Part shown: positions 12,001 to 21,151 of the stretch, piece by piece
How the letters are laid out: each line of letters begins with the position of its first letter
Numbering within the stretch: position 1 is the first letter of the stretch
From: Macrostomum lignano
Lineage: Eukaryota
NCBI GenBank assembly: GCA_002269645.1
Contig: NIVC01001122.1
Location: forward strand, 356,682 to 420,681
Direction of reading: 5' to 3'
Length of the DNA: 64,000 nt
Made by a program: the position numbers and the translations under genes
The notes under the pieces: model-generated
Told to the model about the DNA's origin: nothing
The model's input: the letters and a program-made list of their open reading frames with translations, nothing else
Databases searched by the model: none

Positions 12001-15000
12001 GGGAGGAGAGAAGAGAGAGGAGAGAGGAGAGGAGAGAGGAGAGGAGAGGAGAGGAGAGGAGAGGAGAGGAGAGAGGAGAGGAGAGGAGAGAGGAGAGGAG
12101 AGGAGAGAGGAGAGGAGAGGAGAGAGGAGAGGAGAGGAGAGGAGAGAGGAGAGGAGAGGAGAGGAGAGAGGAGAGAGAGGAGAGGAGAGAGGAGAGGAGA
12201 GGAGAGAGGAGAGAGGAGAGGAGAGGAGAGAGGAGAGGAGAGGAGAGGAGAGGAGAGAGAGAGGAGAGGAGAGAGAGAGAGGAGAGGAGAGAGAGAGGAG
12301 AGGAGAGGAGAGAGGAGAGGAGAGGAGAGAGGAGAGGAGAGAGGAGAGGAGAGGAGAGGAGAGGAGAGGAGAGGAGAGAGGAGAGGAGAGGAGAGGAGAG
12401 AGGAGAGGAGAGGAGAGAGAGAGAGGAGAGAGAGAGGAGAGGAGAGGAGAGGAGAGGAGAGGAGAGGAGAGGAGAGGAGAGGAGAGGAGAGGAGAGGAGA
12501 GGAGAGGAGAGAGAGAGGAGAGGAGAGGAGAGAGGAGAGGAGGGAGAGAGGAGAGGAGAGGAGAGAGAGAGAGGAGAGGAGAGAGGAGAGGAGAGGAGAG
12601 AGGAGAGGAGAGGAGAGGAGAGGAGAGGAGAGGAGAGGAGAGGAGAGAGGAGAGGAGAGGAGAGAGGAGAGGAGAGAGGAGAGGAGAGGAGAGAGAGAGG
12701 AGAGAGGAGAGGAGAGGAGAGAGGAGAGGAGAGGAGAGAGGAGAGGAGAGGAGAGAGGAGAGGAGAGGAGAGAGGAGAGGACCCGAGGGCCGGATGGAGA
12801 GGCTTTGCGGGCCGGAGTTTGCCCTAGAGTATGCTCTAGAGCATACCGAATTGACTACTAATGCGAAAAAAACTGTAATACCGCACCCTTCCACTGCAGT
12901 CTCCCATTTTTCCATTTCAATCATCTCCTTCACGTTTCCCTCGTCGAGGTGGAGCGGCTGGTCCCCCTGTCAGGCGTTGAGGAGGTCACCGCATTCGAGA
13001 ACGTGTTCTGGACGCGAACGCAGAAGAATTTCACGGACGGTCACATCTGGCTGTCGGTGGTCACCAGGCCTCCAAGGTCCCGATTCACCAGGGTTCAGCG
13101 AGCGACCGCCTGCCTGACGCTGCTGATGTCCACCATGATGGTCAATTTGATGTTCTACGGCCAGGCCGAGCGCGTTGAAAGTCCCAAGCTGGTCGAGCTG
13201 GGCCCGGTGAAATTCACCCTGCACAGCATCTACATTGCCACGGTATCGTCGCTGATTATTGTGCCGATCAACCTGCTCATTGTGCTGCTGTACAGCAAAC
13301 GACGGAACCGTACAAAGCGGACCAACTCGTCCGTGGTGAAGCCCTGGTCTCCTGAATCTGCTGCGAGAGACAAAGATTCTAATAGAATTCAAGAGGATAT
13401 AGCTGGTGACCATGGCGATGGGGATGAATCTGTCGTTGCAGAGACTACTCAGGATAGTCCAGTCGCGGCACCTGAGAAAGAGACGCTCAGTAAGCATGCT
13501 TGTAAATCGTAATACAGAATTTAAACAGCCATGAGACTCACTCCAGCACCAAAGTCACGCTCTAAACACCCACGAGACTCACTCCAGAACCAAACTCACG
13601 CTCTAAACACCCACGAGACTCACTCCAGTACAATATCACGCTCTAAACACCCACAAGACTCACTCCAGTACAATATCACGCTCTAAACACCCACGAGACT
13701 CACTCCAGAACCAAACTCACGCTCTAAACACCCACGAGACTCACTCCAGTACAATATCACGCTCTAAACACCCACAAGACTCACTCCAGTACAATATCAC
13801 GCTCTAAACACCCACAAGACTCACTCCAGTACAATATCACGCTCTAAACACCCACGAGACTCACTCCAGTACAATATCACGCTCTAAACACCCACAAGAC
13901 TCACTCCAGTACAATATCACGCTCTAAACACCCACGAGACTCACTCCAGAACCAAACTCACGCTCTAAACACCCACGAGACTCACTCCAGTACAATATCA
14001 CGCTCTAAACACCCACAAGACTCACTCCAGTACAATATCACGCTCTAAACACCCACGAGACTCACTCCAGAACCAAACTCACGCTCTAAACACCCACAAG
14101 ACTCACTCCAGTACAATATAACGCTCTAAACACCCACAAGACTCACTCCAGTACAATATCACGCTCTAAACACCCACGAGACTCACTCCAGTACAATATC
14201 ACGCTCTAAACACCCACGAGACTCACTCCAGCACAATATCACGCTCTAAACACCACGAGACTCCGGCTTCACGCACTGAGTCTGAACATTTAAACCTAAC
14301 ATAGCAACCCAATTCTCATCCCCACAGAAGGCCGTCTTCGCAGTTTTGCCCGCCTATTTTTTCCGCTGCCCTGGTGGTCGCACATTGTTGCGCACTGCCT
14401 GGCCGCTGCCTCGGTGCTGGCCTCGATCTACCTCATGGTGGAGTTCGCCGGGGTGCTCGGCGAACAGAAGACAGCAGAGTGGCTGGCCGCCATGACCGTC
14501 GGCCTGCTGCAGTCAATCCTGCTGGTGCAGCCCATCAAGATCGTCATTGTGGCTCTGTTCTACGCCGTTGTGGTGAAGAAGCCCGAAGAGGACGAAGACG
14601 AGATGGCCAAAGCGTTGCTGACTTCCGGCATGCCGCCGATGCACAAAGCCCTGACTCTGCGCGACCTGTCCGACCCGGAGAAGCTGGCCGAGCTGGCTAA
14701 GAGGAAGAGGGCGAGCCGGCCGCCGCCGGACCTGTGCTCGTTGGCTGCTCTGCGGGAGAAGCGGTGGGTTGCTCATGGTTTGGAGATAATTGGGGTGGAG
14801 ATTTAAGTGTTGCTAGTGAACGGTATCCAGTGCTCAATGGTGAGTGGTATCCAGTGCTAAATGGTGAGTGGTATCCAGTGCTCAATGGTGAGTGGTATCC
14901 AGTGCTCAATGGTGAGTGGTATCCAGTGCTCAATGGTGAGTGGTATCCAGTGCTCAATGGTGAGTGGTATCCAGTGCTCAATGGTGAGTGGTATCCAGTG

Positions 15001-18000
15001 CTCAATGGTGAGTGGTATCCAGTGCTAAATGGTGAGTGGTATCCAGTGCTAAATGGTGAGTGGTATCCAGTGCTAAATGGTGAGTGGTATCCAGTGCTAA
15101 ATGGTGAGTGGTATCCAGTGCTAAATGGTGAGTGGTATCCAGTGCTAAATGGTGAGTGGTTTCTGTAGTAATCAAACCAAATAATAAAAATACGCCATGT
15201 TCAAATCCATTTGTCAACAGCGAGCGGGAACTGAAGATGCAGGACATTATCAAGGACATCCTGTTCTACATCCTGCTCCTCATCCTGCTGATGGTGACGG
15301 CCTACAGTCACCAGGACTACCGGAATCACATGCAGAATCAGCTAGTCAAGCGGATGATGTCTACCGGGCCGCTGACGCTGTCATCTCGCGCCAATGGCAG
15401 CGCCTGGATCCGCGCCAATCCAACGCTGTGGCGCGCCGATCGACGCTCGATGGTGCTGGACGCCCTGCAGCAGCACCTGGTGCCGCAGCTCTACCCGCGG
15501 CTGGCGGAGGCCGATCCTCGAGCTGCCGGCCAAGTGGAGACCGAGGCCGGGCGCACCTGGACCAGCGACGCGAACCTGCTGCTGGCGCGTAGTCTGCAGC
15601 TCCGGCAGTTGCGCGCCGCGCCAACCAGCATCTGCCGGGTGTCCGCCTACTTCGTCGATTTCATCACCGCCTGCCGACCGGAGTACGTTGTGTGGAATGA
15701 GGACTCGGCCGACTACAATGGCAACTGGAGCAACCGGGTGTCAGCTATCCAATCTACCGGTTAGGCGGCATTTATGATTTGTTCCGCATCTGCATGTACC
15801 TATTGAGTCTGCCTCCCTTCATCTTACCCAAGTATTCTCTCTCCATGCAACCATTCCAAGCCCACCCAGCTCCCTCCACGGCCATTAACCTGCCTCCGAA
15901 CTTAACCTACCTCACTCTTCACTGAACCAACTAGAGGTGGACCAAAGTTCGATTTCGATTTTCATTTCGAAGTTCCGAAATTCGACATCAAAATTAAGCC
16001 TTTAAATTGGAAAATAGGAATAGACATGCCTCATAAGAAGCATGAGGATTTAGGACGATTAAAGATGAGACTTACAATGGGAGAGGGATTAGGGACATAG
16101 GAATAGAGAGGATAGAGAAAAAGACTAAGGAGGGAGGGAGACAAGGAAAGGAAAAAGGGAGTGCGGTGAATCCTTAGACGCGACATAAACAAACAACCAA
16201 AGTGCCGACACATGCAGTGGCGACTGTGGACAGACTGACTAAAACTTACTTCAAATCCCCTTTTTTGCCTGTGAGGATTATGCACAACGTGCCTTTTAGA
16301 TTTATAGTTCACTCATAGACTAAACAATGTACCTGACGTGTTAACATGTAACAACCCCCCACCCCTACTGTCATTGATACCCAGTTCTCACCTGGTTATC
16401 TGATGGTCTCAGTCTACACACGCACCTGAGGTCTGCACATCCCATTTCTATTATCTCGATCTAAATTGTGTGCCTCCACCTCTCTCATCTTCCGATTGCA
16501 GGAAGAAAAATCGAATTCAATTTCGATTTCGATTTGAATTAAAAAATGAATTTCGATCCATCTCTAAAACCTACCTCACTCCACACCACCACTCACCTCA
16601 CTCCACACCACCACTCACCTCACTCCACACCACCACTCACCTCACTCCACACCACCACTCACCTCACTCCACACCACCACTCACCTCACTCCACACCACC
16701 ACTCACCTCACTCCACACCACCACTCACCTCACTCCACACCACCACTCACCTCACTCCACACCACCACTCACCTCACTCCACACCACCACTCACCTCACT
16801 CCACACCACCACTCACCTCACTCCACACCACCACTCACCTCAACCCCACACCCCAACCACCACCCACGCCCAACTCACCCGCTGTCTCTACAGCTCTATC
16901 CAGCACCCCCACACGCAAATGACATGGCCGCAACTGCTCACTAAAACACCCGCCCCCATCTCCCTCTTCTCCCCATCAGACGACTGGCTCGTATCCGCCT
17001 ACCGATTCGAGAGCGCCCTTCGCATGTACGGCACCCCCTACTCTGGCCAGCTGGCCGTCTACGGCGGCGGCGGCTACGTGGCTTCGCTGGGCCGCAGCCG
17101 GGACCAAGCCGACACCCGCCTGGATCAGCTGCGGGCGTCGGGCTGGCTGGATCTGCGCACCCGGGCCGTATTTATCGAGTTCCTGCTGTACAATCCCAAC
17201 ACCAACCTTTACAGTTACTCGGGCTCTATTGTGGAATTCTTCACCGGCGGAGGCGCGATGTCGAAACTGATGGTGTCGACTTTCTCGCTGAATCGATACG
17301 TTGGACCGACGTCTGTTTTCTATTTGGCTCTGGATATTTCATCGCTAATCTGCATTCTAGTGTTCATCTATAGGGAGCTGTGCCAGCTGCACCAGAGAAA
17401 GTGCGCTTATTTTAAGGTGCGACGTTCTTTCTTTGGCTTAATTACTCGAAACTCCGCATCGGTTCTTCAGCGTATCGAATCTTGAGCACGAGCATAAATG
17501 CCCTACTTTTTTACCCTTGATCTACTCACTCCTCCTCGTACTAATCAACTTTCAGAACGCTTTCGACGTCATGGACTTTTTATTCATAATCGTGGCTATT
17601 ATTGAAGTCGCCATGTTCAGCATGAAGACAGCGGTTTCCAAGGTGATGGTCGGCCAGCTTGCCAGCGATGGAGAAAAACTGTTCAGCTTTGCTTGGTTGA
17701 ATACTTGGCAGGAGGTGAGCGGTCTTGATAGGTTTTTATTGGCATGTTTCGACCAGGTGGGGCTTGGTTAAATTTGGGGTGGGTGTCAGTGGAGAGACTG
17801 GGGCTTGGTTCAATTAGGGGTGGGTGTCAGTGGAGAGACTGGGGCTTGGTTCAATTAGGGGTGGGTGTCAGTGGAGAGACTGGGGCTTGGTTCAATTAGG
17901 GGTGGGTGTCAGTGGAGAGACTGGGCTTGGTTCAATTAGGGGTGGGTGTCAGTAGAGAGACTGGGGCTTGGTTCAATTAGGGGTGGGTGTCAGTGGAGAG

Positions 18001-21000
18001 ACTGGGGCTTGGTTCAATTAGGGGTGGGTGTCAGTGGAGAGACTGGGGCTTGGTTCAATTAGGGGTGGGTGTCAGTGGAGAGACTGGGGCTTGGTTCAAT
18101 TAGGGGTGGGTGTCAGTGGAGAGACTGGGGCTTGGTTCAATTAGGGGTGGGTGTCAGTGGAGAGACTGGGGCTTGGTTCAATTTGGGGTGGGTGTCAGTG
18201 GAGAGACTAGGGCTTGATACAATTTGGGGTGGGTGTCAGTGGAGAGACTAGGGCTTGGTTCAATTAGGGGTGGGTGTCAGTGGAGAGACTGGGGCTTGGT
18301 TCAATTTGGGGTGGGTGTCAGTGGAGAGACTGGGGCTGGTTCAATTAGGGGTGGGTGTCAGTGGAGAGACTGGGGCTTGGTTCAATTAGGGGTGGGTGAC
18401 AGTGGAGAGACTGGGGCTTGGTTCAATTTGGGGTGGGTGACAATGGAAAGACTGGGGCTTGGTTCACTCTTGAGTGGGAGCGAATAACTTATTTCTTCCC
18501 TCCCTCCGCAGATGAGCCAGCTGTTCATCGGGCTCATAGTGTTTCTGTTCACCATCAGATTCCTGCGCATCCTGTCCTTCAACCGGAAGATAAACATGCT
18601 TGCCGAGGTGCTGCAGGAAGCAGCTAAACCGCTGCTGCACTTTATGTTCGTCTTCGCTATAATGGTGTTCGCCTTTGTCCAGCTGGGCTACTTGCTTTTC
18701 TACAAGACTGTGGACTCCTTCAGAACAGTGGTCACTTCGCTGGAGACACTGGGGATCATGACTTTGAGTGAGGGCGCACGATTTGTAAATAAACGGGCCT
18801 TTGATGACCGCCACCAAATTTGACATTTTATCCTTTGATGAGCCGCCACCCTTTTACCCTTTGTGATAAGCCGCCACCATTTTACCCTTTGATGAGCCGC
18901 CAGAATTTTACCCTTTGATGAACATCCACCCTTTTACCCTTTGATGAGCCGCCACTGCACTTTTACCCTTTGATGAGCCGCCACTGCACTTTTACCCTCT
19001 GATAAGCCGCCTCCCTTTTATTCTTTGATGAGCCGCCACCCTTTTATTCTTTTATGAGCCGCCACCCTTTTACCCTTTGATGAGCCGCCACCCTATTATC
19101 CTTATGAGCCGCCACCCTTTTACCCTTTGATGAGCCGCCGCCACCCTTTTACCCTTTGATGAGGCGCCACCCATTTACCCTTTGATAAGCCGCCACCCTT
19201 TTACCCTTTGATGAGCCGCCAGAATTTTACCCTTTGATGAACATCCACCCTTTTACCCTTTGATGAGCCGCCACCCTTTTACCCTTTGATGAGCCGCCAC
19301 TGCACTTTTACCCTTTGATGAGCCGCCACTGCACTTTTACCCTTTGATGAGCCGCCACTGCACTTTTACCCTCTGATAAGCCGCCTCCCTTTTATTCTTT
19401 GATGAGCCGCCACCCTTTTATTCTTTGATGAGCCGCCACCCTTTTACCCTTTGATGAGCCGCCACCCTATTATCCTTATGAGCCGCCACCCTTTTACTCT
19501 TTGATAAGCCGCCGCCACCCTTTTACCCTTTGATGAGGCGCCACCCATTTACCCTTTGATGAGCCGCCACCCTTTTATCTTTGATCAGCCGCCATCCCCT
19601 CTATTATACAAGCCAATATAAAAGCCTCCAACTTGACTCTAAGAACGTAAAATGTCAAAATTTTTCGACCAACAGACAAGTTCGACTTCCGGAAGTTTGT
19701 ATCCGGCGCCAGCGTGCTCGGTCCAATATTCTTCTTCATTTACATCCTCTTCGTTTCCTTCATCCTGATCAACTTCTTTGTTTCAATCATATCCGAGTCG
19801 TTCAAACGAGTCCGCCTGAACTGGGCCGCCACGTCCAACGAGTACGAAGTTATCGACTACCTGAAGGAGAAGCTGGGCGGTCTGGTCGGATGGGGCGCGC
19901 AATCCAGCGCCAGTGTCGATCGCCGGTTCCAGTACATCCAAGGTAAAACAACTGTTCTCAGCCATGATTGGCTTGTTAACTTTACACTTGGGGACGATAG
20001 CAAAGTTAAGCAACTTGGCCTCGGTTAGTACGTAGATGAATAGGTCATTATTTAACTCAGCTACATACTGAACAAATGCATCGTACATGTATTTTGCTCA
20101 GCCCAGAGATAATAAACCAAGGGCTACTCAAGTAAAAGTACGGGAAACTACTTTTCTTGGAAAATTTTAGGAAGCAAGTTTTACCAAAAAAGACATTACG
20201 AATATAGGAGATTTTCATTTTCAGCACAAGAATTGTTTTTGCTTTTGATAGGAGGCAGACCCAGTGTTCATATTTAGATAAGACTTGCCTTTATTACACT
20301 TTGTATCTCTATCGATATTCATAAAGCTTTTCGTTTATAAAATTAGGATTCTATGTAAATTTTATATTCTACGCACATGTCTTGTTGCTTAAAAGTTAAA
20401 AATAAAAATGGCACTGCTCATTGCATGGTTTTATGAATCAATTTTATCTTAGCTCAATGACTGCACCAAAATTGTAATGGAATGATAGATTTAGATTTAG
20501 GTTTCTAAAACCATGAGTCAATTTTTGCAATTTCATTTAATTTTTTATACATACGACATGTACGTGGGATATAAAATTTACATAGAATCCTGATTTCTAA
20601 ACGAAAATCTTTATGAATACCAACAATAGAGCTATGAGAAAGGCAAGACATATCAAAAGATGAACAATGGGTCTGCCTCCTATCGAAAGCAATAACAATT
20701 CTCTTGCTGAAAAATGCTAACCAACCTCCTAGAATTTTCTAAGATACGTATACTTTCCCGTCCTTCTACTTTAGTAGTCCTTGTACTCAGTCACGTGATA
20801 AAAGTTGTACATGAGCTAAGTGTAGATCGGGAGCAACTGTGGAAAAAAGCTGTGGTTTGGCAGCAGCTCTGAGCTGGAGTAATTTTTATTCCATTGCTAT
20901 TTAATTTTTTGAGATCTAACTTCCGCGCTACTCTACTTGTTAGTAGGATATTGCAGAAAGTGCATGCTACAAAGGCATTCCCGCTAACTGCAGACAAGCA

Positions 21001-21151
21001 CGAGGAGCTTCGCGACGAGTCGGCGGAGGTCATCGCCGAAACGTTGGACCGATTGTTCGACCATCTCGGCCTGATGGACTTGACCACGGAGCCGGCCGCC
21101 GCGAACGCGAACCAAAAGCGGCGCATGGTGACTGCTGGAGACGACAACTGA
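1..21151 (+). CDS. Polycystin-1-like (PKD1/PKD1L/REJ family) receptor-channel subunit, 5'-truncated by the window; 19 exons, ~2576 aa visible
   Basis: Exons: <1-1479, 3813-4081, 4198-4344, 4679-4891, 5122-5648, 6205-6601, 6824-6969, 7552-8537, 8844-9015, 9537-9838, 10610-10910, 12949-13489, 14328-14763, 15221-15759, 16980-17416, 17556-17714, 18512-18767, 19676-19942, 20994-21151 (TGA). All introns are GT..AG and phases match; positions 2-21151 splice to 7731 nt, divisible by 3. Motifs: REJ (CISNC; NKPP..V.PPTG..LTLF.V.C...D.D.PL.Y; LPVG...Y.L...V.D..G), GPS (TQCFSRHTTSF), TM1 then ARKRD, PLAT (YEVTVWTG; VRVWHDNTGSAPAWYL; CNRWLA), HIWLSV..RP.RSRFTRVQR, LPWW, YGGGGY, WLD.RTRAVFIEF..YNPN, LGPIFF..Y. 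Confidence 0.95.
2..1479 (+). CDS. Polycystin-like large extracellular exon (end of a PKD-like fold, start of the REJ module)
   Basis: The frame is open from position 2, so the ATG at 47 is internal. Contains IYAANEVS then C..P; the donor CA|GTGAGT at 1480 joins in frame to 3813 (IH-CISNC). Confidence 0.85.
1668..3790. repeat. 21-bp minisatellite (TCTAGATTCATAGGGTTTGGG), ~100 copies, polycystin intron 1
   Basis: 21-bp period (7-aa repeats in all overlapping ORFs); variant units CACAGGAT and AATCGCAAGAT cluster at the 3' end. Confidence 0.98.
4360..4612. repeat. 31-bp minisatellite (GGGTTGGGGTGTCTGGCGTCGGATTGAGTTA), ~8 copies, intron 3
   Basis: Direct tandem units starting ~15 nt after the donor at 4345. 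Confidence 0.95.
5721..6058 (-). mobile_element. tRNA-derived SINE, family A, full-length copy (intron 5)
   Basis: Minus strand starts GGGGGGCCGTAGCCCAGCGGTAGCGC (A box) then GGCTCGATTCC (B box). The body is repeated at 47201-47445, with fragments at ~8700-8775 and ~44198-44260. Confidence 0.8.
7040..7368 (-). mobile_element. tRNA-derived SINE, family B, with CORE-like central domain (intron 7)
   Basis: Minus: TAGCCTAGTGG (A box), GGTTCGATTC (B box), then GTGTCATTGAGCAAGGCAATCAACTCTGCATTGCTTCAGTTCACCCAGCTGT, resembling the CORE/MIR domain. The 3' boundary is approximate. Confidence 0.7.
7552..9838 (+). CDS. Polycystin-like GAIN/GPS exons and TM1 (exons 8-10)
   Basis: Spliced sequence GCFFFNYTSQSMDDAGMM|IGACSSPDITQCFSRHTTSFMASAVVPP resembles human PC1 CQYF...AVCLTRHLTAFGASLFVPP (from recall); hydrophobic TM1 follows. 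Confidence 0.9.
8700..8775 (-). mobile_element. SINE family A internal fragment (intron 8)
   Basis: CTCACACAGGGTGTACAGCGGGGCCCT and GCATGTACAC match 5845-5896. Confidence 0.55.
9033..9480. repeat. 12/13-bp pyrimidine-rich minisatellite (CCCTCACTTTTCT) followed by CTCTTCC-type repeats, intron 9
   Basis: Direct tandem units starting ~17 nt after the donor at 9016. Confidence 0.95.
9897..10548. repeat. 23-bp (variant 26-bp) minisatellite (GATTCTCACTGATAGATTGACGC/GAGGC), intron 10
   Basis: ~27 tandem units in three variants. Confidence 0.97.
10610..10910 (+). CDS. Polycystin-like PLAT/LH2 domain exon
   Basis: GSGTSAGVSLVVFGD...LQRSGVDTFLM...LGSLAAVRVWHDNTGSAPAWYL...FFICNRWLA; acceptor CTGCAG|10610, donor ATG|GTGAGG 10911. 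Confidence 0.93.
11037..11480. mobile_element. Partial copy of the intron-18 foldback MITE family, interrupted by a GAGAT-rich insertion (~11095-11262)
   Basis: Shares CAAGGACTACT, CTTTTGATAGGAGGCAG, GATATTCATAAAG and ACGCACATGTC with 20118-20385. Confidence 0.7.
11687..12833. mobile_element. hAT (Charlie-like) non-autonomous element with ~850 bp internal (GAGAG)n expansion, intron 11
   Basis: Perfect 8-bp TSD CTCTAGAG (11679-11686 and 12834-12841); left end CAGAGGTTGGCAAAC, degenerate right end GTTTGCCC..TG; subterminal GGGCCAGAT and GCGGGCCGG shared with 50770-50971. Confidence 0.85.
13530..14262. repeat. 40-bp minisatellite (GAGACTCACTCCAGTACAATATCACGCTCTAAACACCCAC), ~18 copies, intron 12
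   Basis: 40-bp period, two alternating variants. Confidence 0.97.
14821..15160. repeat. 24-bp minisatellite (GGTATCCAGTGCTCAATGGTGAGT), 14 copies, intron 13
   Basis: GTGAGT recurs every 24 nt from 14840 to 15152. Confidence 0.98.
15932..16566. mobile_element. hAT-type MITE, intron 14
   Basis: TIRs TAGAGGTGGACCAAAGTTC / reverse complement TAGAGATGGATCGAAATTC; flanking 8-mers GAACCAAC and AAACCTAC (6/8 match, decayed TSD); subterminal TTTCGA repeats. Confidence 0.7.
16570..16845. repeat. 22-bp minisatellite (CACTCCACACCACCACTCACCT), ~12 copies, intron 14
   Basis: Direct tandem units starting right after the MITE. Confidence 0.96.
16980..19942 (+). CDS. Polycystin cation-channel region exons (exons 15-18: TOP end, S2-S6)
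   Basis: YGGGGYVASLG, GWLDLRTRAVFIEFLLYNPNTNL, NAFDVMDF, IRFLRILSFNRKI, YLLF..TVDSF, LGPIFFFIYILFVSFILINFFVSII. Confidence 0.92.
17762..18470. repeat. 41-bp G-rich minisatellite (GGGGTGGGTGTCAGTGGAGAGACTGGGGCTTGGTTCAATTA), ~17 copies, intron 16
   Basis: Fills nearly the whole intron. Confidence 0.97.
18797..19590. repeat. ~25-28-bp minisatellite (CCCTTTGATGAGCCGCCACCCTTTTA) with a ~320-bp higher-order duplication, intron 17
   Basis: The rare variant block GCCAGAATTTTACCCTTTGATGAACATCC occurs at ~18899 and ~19218. Confidence 0.95.
20118..20783. mobile_element. Foldback MITE with ~260-bp imperfect inverted arms, intron 18
   Basis: Left CAAGGGCTACTCAAGTAAAAGTACGGGAAA versus right TTTCCCGTCCTTCTACTTTAGTAGTCCTTG; internal GATAGGAGGCAGACCCA mirrored by TGGGTCTGCCTCCTATC. 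No TSD established. Confidence 0.8.

Noticed and set aside
11710-12933. Arg/Glu-rich and Leu/Ser-rich 300-400 aa ORFs
   Set aside because: Products of (GAGAG)n inside a MITE.
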